Origin: an uncultured virus (IMG/VR IMGVR_UViG_3300010352_001897)
Taxonomy: Duplodnaviria > Heunggongvirae > Uroviricota > Caudoviricetes
IMG/VR virus record: IMGVR_UViG_3300010352_001897
DNA: 43,546 nt
Strand: one strand, 5' to 3'
This document shows positions 37,179 through 43,546 of the stretch, piece by piece. The notes beneath the pieces were generated by a model. That model was not told where the DNA came from, did no database searches, and worked only from the letters and a program-made list of their open reading frames with translations. Made by a program: the position numbers and the translations under genes. Positions within the stretch are counted from its first letter, which is position 1; each line of letters starts with the position of its first letter.

Positions 37179-37922
37179 ATGTTTGACGATTTGACACTAG
37201 GTACTTGTAGTTACAATACTCCACATATAACAATGACTATGTTGAAATCATGGAAAGTTATTAATTCCGATGTGACTAATAAATTATGTATTATTGATAA
37301 TTCTCATAACGAAGATACGGCGCAATTACTACAAGATAATGAGATTAATTATCAACGAGTTGTAGGTGGAACTCATTATAATGGGGTTCAACTAATGCTA
37401 AACAATGTTACTACCAAATATCTATTGTTGGTGGATACTGATGTGATTTTCAATAAGGATTTAACCGATATTATTAATTTTTTCATTAACGGGAATTATA
37501 CAATAATGGGGGAGGTATGTGGAGATAGAGGAGGACAGCCCTTATTTCCAAGAATACATCCGTGGTTTTGTTTAATAAACGTGGAACATATTCGAAGTAA
37601 GAAAATTGCATTTGTAAATATGCCGAAAATCAAAGCAACTAATTCCCAACAATATTATGCAAATATGCCACTCATTAGTTCAGTTAGAAATAGGAAATAT
37701 GATGTAGGTGCCACATTCTTAGAGGATATTATTCATGCAAGACTTAAGGCATATAATAGTAAATTAGATCCTGAGTACTATTTTCACTACGAAGGGATGT
37801 CGTGGCGAGGCAGTTCAGGAATTCCTTCATTAGTAAATGCTCAAAAGGCTAATGAAATTGCCTACCAAAGCGACTACGAAAAGTACAAAGACGTTGACAT
37901 TAAAGGATGGTTCAAGTCATGA
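37179..37922 (+). CDS. Glycosyltransferase family 2 (GT-A)
   Basis: SYNTP, IIDNS, LLVDTDVIF (DxD), YDVG, HYEG.SW. Confidence 0.8.
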   Translation: MFDDLTLGTCSYNTPHITMTMLKSWKVINSDVTNKLCIIDNSHNEDTAQLLQDNEINYQRVVGGTHYNGVQLMLNNVTTKYLLLVDTDVIFNKDLTDIINFFINGNYTIMGEVCGDRGGQPLFPRIHPWFCLINVEHIRSKKIAFVNMPKIKATNSQQYYANMPLISSVRNRKYDVGATFLEDIIHARLKAYNSKLDPEYYFHYEGMSWRGSSGIPSLVNAQKANEIAYQSDYEKYKDVDIKGWFKS

Positions 37923-39427
37923 AATTTGCATATGTACAGCCAATATTCTGTCCAAATGAGGAGATGTTCACTCGAAATGAATTGAGCGTAAATTCATTTT
38001 ATGATTATTATGATAAACTAAATTATGATTTTGTTTGTGTATTTGGTGGATACTGTGCGTCAGATGACCTATGGGATAGAATATATTCCCTCATAATGAC
38101 TAGAAGTAAAGGTAATGCTAAAATTACTAGATTTGATAGGAATTATGGCAAGGCATATGTAGTAAACAAACTAGTATCGACATTAGAAGACTGTGAATAT
38201 TTCCTAACAGCAGACTCTGACATTATTTTTAAGATTGATGAGGTAGATATTGTTGATAGATTGGGAGAGGCGTTTAATGTTGCAAGACTTAGAGGATTAA
38301 ATCCGTCACTAATTGCACTATTTCAGGATCAACATAATTGCCATATCTTGGAACTATGTTATCAGAACAAGTATTATTACGACGGAAAGTACCAACACGA
38401 AATGATATGCAGACCTAATATTAACGGTGGAGTTGCCGGAGGCTGTATTTGTATCAATAAGGCATTTTGGGATCGAGTTGGGGGATATAAAGTACTCGGA
38501 GTATATACCGCAGATGACGCCAACCTAATGAAGGATTCTGTAGATAATGGATATCACTTCTTACTGTCAAATTCAATACGATGCATCCATCCATTTGATA
38601 ATGACATCGAATACTGTAATTGGAAAAGACTTACCTGTCCAAATTCCAGTGAACTAATGTCTGCAGTTGCTGATGCTGATAAGTTTTGGAATAAAAATGA
38701 GGCATTTTCATACATAATGCCACATAGGGCATCTACTCCTGATAGGGAAAGAAATCTTAACTACGTAATTTCATATTTGAGAAATAATTTTAAGAACGTA
38801 GAGATAATTGTTGTTGAACAAGATGAAGTTGAAAAATTTCATAACCCACTGTGCAATAAAATATTATTGAAAGATTCAGGGCCATTTAAGAGATCTGCGT
38901 GTTTAAATTTAGGATATTCACATGCAAAAAATAAGAAGATTATATTTGCAGATAATGATTTATTAATTCCTCATGAACAAATTAGAGAGGCTCTTAGATT
39001 GCTTGATGAATATGATGCGATAAATCCATATAAGACTGTTAGAGATTTACCAGAAGATCTTACTATCAAAGTTACCGTGGTTGATAATTTTTCAGTATTT
39101 ACTAGATACTCTGAAAGAGGAGGTGTAGTATTTTCTGGAGGGGCGTGTGCTTTTACTAAAGAAGGGTACGCTAAGATTGGTGGATATGATGAGGAGTTTA
39201 TAGGTTGGGGTGGAGAAGATAATGCATGTACTCATAAAATATTTAATATGTTGAAATATTGTGAAGTTGACGGGTATTGTTGGCATATGAATCACGATAG
39301 AGGTTCTAGTAATAATTTTCATAAGGATTATAATAATAATTTAGAAGCACTTGCCCATATAGAGTCACTAACAGGTAAGAAGTTAGTGACCTTTTGTAAA
39401 TCCAGGAGAAAATCACATGGGTGGTAA
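37907..39427 (+). CDS. Two-domain glycosyltransferase (GT-A plus galactosyltransferase C-terminal-type domain)
   Basis: RNYGKA, TADSD, VGGY...DD; second domain R.RNL, VVEQ, FADND, GGYDEEFIGWGGED, H..H. Confidence 0.85.
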   Translation: MVQVMKFAYVQPIFCPNEEMFTRNELSVNSFYDYYDKLNYDFVCVFGGYCASDDLWDRIYSLIMTRSKGNAKITRFDRNYGKAYVVNKLVSTLEDCEYFLTADSDIIFKIDEVDIVDRLGEAFNVARLRGLNPSLIALFQDQHNCHILELCYQNKYYYDGKYQHEMICRPNINGGVAGGCICINKAFWDRVGGYKVLGVYTADDANLMKDSVDNGYHFLLSNSIRCIHPFDNDIEYCNWKRLTCPNSSELMSAVADADKFWNKNEAFSYIMPHRASTPDRERNLNYVISYLRNNFKNVEIIVVEQDEVEKFHNPLCNKILLKDSGPFKRSACLNLGYSHAKNKKIIFADNDLLIPHEQIREALRLLDEYDAINPYKTVRDLPEDLTIKVTVVDNFSVFTRYSERGGVVFSGGACAFTKEGYAKIGGYDEEFIGWGGEDNACTHKIFNMLKYCEVDGYCWHMNHDRGSSNNFHKDYNNNLEALAHIESLTGKKLVTFCKSRRKSHGW

Positions 39428-40631
39428 TTTAGTTACGGGTGAGTGGACATATGGAAATCCTGAATTATTTGGAACTGAAAATGATGTATATGTTGGGAAG
39501 TATTGTTCTATAGCATTAAATGTATTGATGGATTGTGGAATGAATCATAACTACAATAATATTAGTACATATCCATTTAACAATATGAATAAAAAGTTTT
39601 CACATCTTACTGGACAGGTTATTAGTAGAGGGGATATTAAAATAGGAAATGACGTATGGATTGGTAGGAACTCCACAATCATGTCTGGCGTGACCGTAGG
39701 AGACGGAGCAATAATAGGTGCCCATAGTTTGGTTACGAAAGATGTTGCGCCTTATGAGGTCGTCGGAGGCGTTCCTGCAAAGCATATTAGGTATAGATTC
39801 GAACACTCCATAATTGAAAAATTACTACAAATAAAATGGTGGAATTGGTCAAACTCCGAAGTAGAAAAAATAGTACCAATTCTAATGTCGAACGATATTA
39901 ATGCTTTGGTTGAGTATTGTATGCCTCAGTTGGAAAAATTACATAGAGGATATAGTGTAGCGATTGTTACTAGATCTATGAATGAGGATCTTTACAATAA
40001 GATGAAGAGCAGAATTAATACTAAATTTGATTTTATTAGAATTACGGATTGTCAAGGGGACCAAGGTGGCAGTAAGTACATGTATGACATTATTTTGAAA
40101 AATTCATACGACTGGGTAATTAATATTGATGAAGATTTCTTCACATATTCGTTTGATAGGGTGCTTTCTCTGTTAGACTATATGATTGATAATGAATATG
40201 ATTATTGTGGAATGTCTGATGGAGGAATGTGTAAGCACAGGTTTCATAGTCCAATTGTACAGAACCCATATTTCAATATTTTTAATGCAGGAAAAATAAG
40301 ACCTACTCTTGATTCTGTTGAATACGTTCAAAACAATTTCAAATATAATAGTTCAATGGAAAGATTTATGCCAACTAATCTTAAAAAAGATTATGGTTGG
40401 GTCAATGATAACTATGAACCATATTATCCATTCTTTTATTGGCTACCCTGTAGGGGATTTAAGGCGTTATATTTGGAAAGTTATGAACACAGTGACGACA
40501 TTTCAACGATCATTAAAAACCATAGCGGTGAGGATATAGGAATTCATACTTGGTATAGCAGGATGTATAATAAAGATCCTTTACACACTAAGAGAATTAA
40601 TAATGCGTATAAGTTGAGTAAAAATAAATAA
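39417..40631 (+). CDS. CatB/Vat-like hexapeptide O-acetyltransferase fused to a GT-A-like domain
   Basis: GKYCSIA, STYPF, IGNDVWIG, GVTVGDGAIIGA.S.VTKDV.PY.VVGGVPA, WWNW; C-terminal INIDEDFF and HTWYSR. Confidence 0.85.
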   Translation: MGGNLVTGEWTYGNPELFGTENDVYVGKYCSIALNVLMDCGMNHNYNNISTYPFNNMNKKFSHLTGQVISRGDIKIGNDVWIGRNSTIMSGVTVGDGAIIGAHSLVTKDVAPYEVVGGVPAKHIRYRFEHSIIEKLLQIKWWNWSNSEVEKIVPILMSNDINALVEYCMPQLEKLHRGYSVAIVTRSMNEDLYNKMKSRINTKFDFIRITDCQGDQGGSKYMYDIILKNSYDWVINIDEDFFTYSFDRVLSLLDYMIDNEYDYCGMSDGGMCKHRFHSPIVQNPYFNIFNAGKIRPTLDSVEYVQNNFKYNSSMERFMPTNLKKDYGWVNDNYEPYYPFFYWLPCRGFKALYLESYEHSDDISTIIKNHSGEDIGIHTWYSRMYNKDPLHTKRINNAYKLSKNK

Positions 40632-40635
40632 TGAC

Positions 40636-40920
40636 ATGAAAATCATCTATAATGGTCATATCTATGAACATTTTAATTATAAAAATCCAATTGTGGGTGG
40701 TAAGGGTGATCATTTAAAGAAATATGATGAAAAGGAAATGAAGTTAGGTAAGAAGATTGAAAAAGAACATATTGGAAAAAATAAGAGCCTAACTCAGAAA
40801 CAAATCTCAGCAGTAACTACGGACATTGCTAGAGATCACTTGGCTGAATTTCCTAATTATTATACTGAATTGGAGAAAATGGAAGAAAGATTGTCAGAAG
40901 AACAAGCTTCTGAAAATTAG
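40636..40920 (+). CDS. Conserved phage protein (DUF5661-like)
   Basis: G..IEKEH...IARDHLAEFPNYYTELEKME. Confidence 0.65.
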   Translation: MKIIYNGHIYEHFNYKNPIVGGKGDHLKKYDEKEMKLGKKIEKEHIGKNKSLTQKQISAVTTDIARDHLAEFPNYYTELEKMEERLSEEQASEN

Positions 40921-40947
40921 TGAGAATTTTCTTTCTAAATAGTATTC

Positions 40948-41172
40948 ATGTTCAAAGCAATAAAAAACTTTCTAATAAATGTGTCACTAAGATCTAACAG
41001 TTCAAGTTCTACTGAATTCAAAATCATGGGTGACGTACTAATAATACAGTTGCCAAAAAATACACTACCTCAAATAAAAAGACAACAATATGCAACCATG
41101 GTGAGTGATGGGTTTATTAGTGTTAAGTCAAAGCTAGGGGTTGAACAGATCATCGTGATGTATAAGGAGTAA
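40948..41172 (+). CDS. Hypothetical protein
   Basis: 74-aa ORF preceded by CTAAATA. Confidence 0.55.
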   Translation: MFKAIKNFLINVSLRSNSSSSTEFKIMGDVLIIQLPKNTLPQIKRQQYATMVSDGFISVKSKLGVEQIIVMYKE

Positions 41173-41174
41173 TA

Positions 41175-42773
41175 ATGTTGAAGTCTCCAGTAATATTCTA
41201 TCACCTATGGCCAGTAGGTGAATGGAAAAGGATTCAAGCGAACATATTTAATAAGATAGTTGAGACTGGGTTAGCAAAATCCATGTCTAAAATGTATATA
41301 TGTGTGAATTCTGATATACCTTTCTCGGAAATAGATCTGCATGGTATTAGTGAAGATAAGGTTGAAATATTACGAATAAGAGACACTCAATCTGAATGGC
41401 CAACTATTCAAATATTATATGAAAAATATGTAAATGATGAAAATACTCCAATCTTATATATTCACTGTAAAGGTGCTAGGTTTGTTAATCGTGACCATAG
41501 TTACTATGCAATTAACTCTTGGGTGGATGGACTTACTTATTTCAATGTAACCAAGTGGAAGAAATGTATTAATTATTTAACATCTGGTAAATTGTCTGTT
41601 GGAATTAGAGTAGCAAGGTTACCAATTCCTCATTATTCAGGTAATTTTTGGTGGATTAATTCTAAAGCAATTAGGTTACTAATTGATCCAAAAACTCAAG
41701 ATCAAAGTTTTAGAAATAGACATGGTGCGGAGTTTTGGATAGGTCGTTTAGGAATTACTAATTTATTTGATAGTGATATGCTTAGGAATCAGTTCAGCTA
41801 TAATTCAGTAATTGATCCTAGAAGATATGTTGACATGAATGGGTCAGAAAGAGCAATGTGTATACATCGTCCAGGAATGTCTGACACATCGTGGGTAAAT
41901 AGAATAGGATATGATTTTGACATCTATCAAAAGAACAGTAATATATCAATTGATAGTACCGCAATGGCATATGTTACATATATTATTGACAACTATGAAA
42001 CTCTACCAAAATACGTATATTTCTTATCTTCGCTTGCAATGTCAACTGTTTATAACTTAGATCAATTGTTGAAAAACCAATATCGAACTTTTCATCCACT
42101 TGGTAGATTGAGGACAAAGGATACTTGTGAAGGGGTGCCAAACCACCCAGGATTACCACTGCGATTAAAATGGGACAGTGTATTTGAAAATGGATGTCCA
42201 GATTGGTTTGAATTCACTCCAGGATCTAATTTTGGGGTTTCTAGAGAAGAAATTCTGAAATACAGTAAGAATTTCTATATCAATATTCGAGAAAATATAG
42301 AAACGAAGGATACTCCAATAGATGATTATTGTTTTGAAAGAATGTGGGAGTCAATTTTTACTAAGAATAATCAAGAGAAAATTACTAAGATTTCAAATGT
42401 CCAGACATTATTATCTGTACCACTTGACAATGTCATGATTCTTACGCCTGAGGGAGTTGAAAGTGAATATTCCGACATAATTTTTAAGTCAATTGGTAGT
42501 ACTAGGGACCAATATTGGGACAATATTATTAATTCAGAAGGTGTTGATAAGATATTATTCGTAAGTAAGAATATAAACTATGAAGAACTAAAACAACTAA
42601 TTGAATCTTCATTTAGTCTAAATAATAGAGTTCAATCTCAGTATCTTGAATTTAGCTTTGAGACGTGGAATGCAATATTGGTTGAGCGTGAAATACTTAT
42701 TAAGAATAAGAATAAGAAAAAAACCTTTGTTGCTCCTTTTTTAGACACTTTAGAAAAAAAATGTTACTATTAA
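41175..42773 (+). CDS. Putative glycosyltransferase-like fusion (HxKG/SGNFWW domain plus DUF3431-like domain)
   Basis: E.PT, LYIHCKG, HYSGNFWW, AEFWIG; then YIIDNYETLP, F.PG..F.VSRE.I, FERMW. Confidence 0.6.
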   Translation: MLKSPVIFYHLWPVGEWKRIQANIFNKIVETGLAKSMSKMYICVNSDIPFSEIDLHGISEDKVEILRIRDTQSEWPTIQILYEKYVNDENTPILYIHCKGARFVNRDHSYYAINSWVDGLTYFNVTKWKKCINYLTSGKLSVGIRVARLPIPHYSGNFWWINSKAIRLLIDPKTQDQSFRNRHGAEFWIGRLGITNLFDSDMLRNQFSYNSVIDPRRYVDMNGSERAMCIHRPGMSDTSWVNRIGYDFDIYQKNSNISIDSTAMAYVTYIIDNYETLPKYVYFLSSLAMSTVYNLDQLLKNQYRTFHPLGRLRTKDTCEGVPNHPGLPLRLKWDSVFENGCPDWFEFTPGSNFGVSREEILKYSKNFYINIRENIETKDTPIDDYCFERMWESIFTKNNQEKITKISNVQTLLSVPLDNVMILTPEGVESEYSDIIFKSIGSTRDQYWDNIINSEGVDKILFVSKNINYEELKQLIESSFSLNNRVQSQYLEFSFETWNAILVEREILIKNKNKKKTFVAPFLDTLEKKCYY

Positions 42774-42777
42774 TGCC

Positions 42778-43020
42778 ATGGAATCTGAATCAAAAGTAAC
42801 AAAGGACCTGTCTTTTGACTTTTATGCAGATTTAGCAATACAGAAGATTCGTGAAGCTAAGAAAATATATGAAGAGGCAATGCACCATACGTCAGTGACT
42901 AGAATCAAAAGATGTCAAAGAAACATTTTAGATTCAAAGTACTTGTTCAAAGAACTTGAGGCTATAGTTTCTGATACTAAGACACATATACTAAACCTAA
43001 GAAAGCAAGATCTATCATGA
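42778..43020 (+). CDS. Hypothetical protein
   Basis: 80-aa ORF in the operon. Confidence 0.55.
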   Translation: MESESKVTKDLSFDFYADLAIQKIREAKKIYEEAMHHTSVTRIKRCQRNILDSKYLFKELEAIVSDTKTHILNLRKQDLS

Positions 43021-43546
43021 GCGTGAGTCACAACGTACTTTTACTAAATCAGGCTGAACAGCCTTTGACAATTCTCTCTTGGAAGAGAGCGTTGACTCTT
43101 ATTTTCTCAAACAAAGCCGACGTAGTGTCTTACAGTGATGTTTGGGTTGATTCTATCTCCAGGAGTTGGAATCTTCCATCCATCATCCGAATGGACAACG
43201 ACGCCGATTTCCACCAGACCATTTATAAGGTCCCTAGGTGTACGAAGAAGCGCATTCACATTCGCGATGGGTACGTCTGTGCCTACTGTGGAAAGAAGTG
43301 TAAGAAGGAACAGTTGACGGTTGACCACATTCATCCTGAAAGCTTGGGTGGTAAGTTGACCTGGATCAACAGCGTAACTTCTTGTAGGCGTTGTAATAAC
43401 AAGAAGGCCAATAAGACTTTGGAAGAGTCTGGAATGGTCTTGTTGCGTAAACCATATATCCCAAGTACAATCTTCGAATTGTTTCTTGAAGAATATGCTA
43501 ACAAGCCTGACTGGAAGAAATATCTTGACGTGAAGAACAAGGGATA
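43017..43546 (+). CDS. HNH endonuclease (McrA/HNH_5-like), runs off the window edge
   Basis: Not in the ORF track; manual translation MSVSHNVLLLNQAEQPL..SWKRA...PSIIR...RDGYVCAYCG...LTVDHIHP.S.GG..TW.N.VTSC..CNNKK. Confidence 0.9.
   Translation, partial: MSVSHNVLLLNQAEQPLTILSWKRALTLIFSNKADVVSYSDVWVDSISRSWNLPSIIRMDNDADFHQTIYKVPRCTKKRIHIRDGYVCAYCGKKCKKEQLTVDHIHPESLGGKLTWINSVTSCRRCNNKKANKTLEESGMVLLRKPYIPSTIFELFLEEYANKPDWKKYLDVKNKG

Noticed and set aside
39417..39900. Antibiotic resistance gene (cat/vat)
   Set aside because: The hexapeptide acetyltransferase is fused to a GT-like domain inside a glycan cluster, so sugar O-acetylation is more likely.
1..43546. Stop-codon reassignment, as in some large phages
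   Set aside because: Conserved genes are full length in code 11, and TAG and TGA both end tightly packed ORFs.
43017..43546. IscB/Cas9-like RNA-guided nuclease paired with the structured RNA
   Set aside because: Small stand-alone HNH with no PLMP or RuvC motifs, 30 kb from the RNA; track ORFs 43107, 43135 and 43331 are shadows of it.

Overview
A 43.5-kb AT-rich fragment of a large T4-related (Tevenvirinae-like or jumbo myovirus) phage genome, standard genetic code, with a 541-nt N gap at 17856-18396. The left arm (minus strand) carries a family-B DNA polymerase with a LAGLIDADG intein, a glycosyltransferase, gp47/gp46 recombination nuclease subunits, a HAD nucleotidase, a gp55-like late sigma factor, a pentapeptide-repeat protein and an intein-containing metallophosphoesterase. 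A ~565-bp non-coding divergence point holds a strongly structured ~310-nt putative RNA, a G6-TAA-G6 tract and AT-rich 12-bp tandem repeats. The right arm (mostly plus strand) carries uvsY, uvsW, RNase H, class II ribonucleotide reductase followed by a free-standing, splicing-dead intein-derived endonuclease, gp4, a macrodomain protein, tandem-domain ThyX, a PncB / NadM-Nudix / glutamine-dependent NadE operon (Preiss-Handler NAD+ pathway), dUTPase, clamp and clamp loader, a lysis cassette, a glycosylation cluster and a truncated HNH nuclease. At least 11 genes have a (C/A)TAAATA late-promoter motif exactly 5-6 nt before the start codon and no room for a Shine-Dalgarno, implying leaderless late mRNAs. 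All calls come from reading motifs by eye; no database searches were run.
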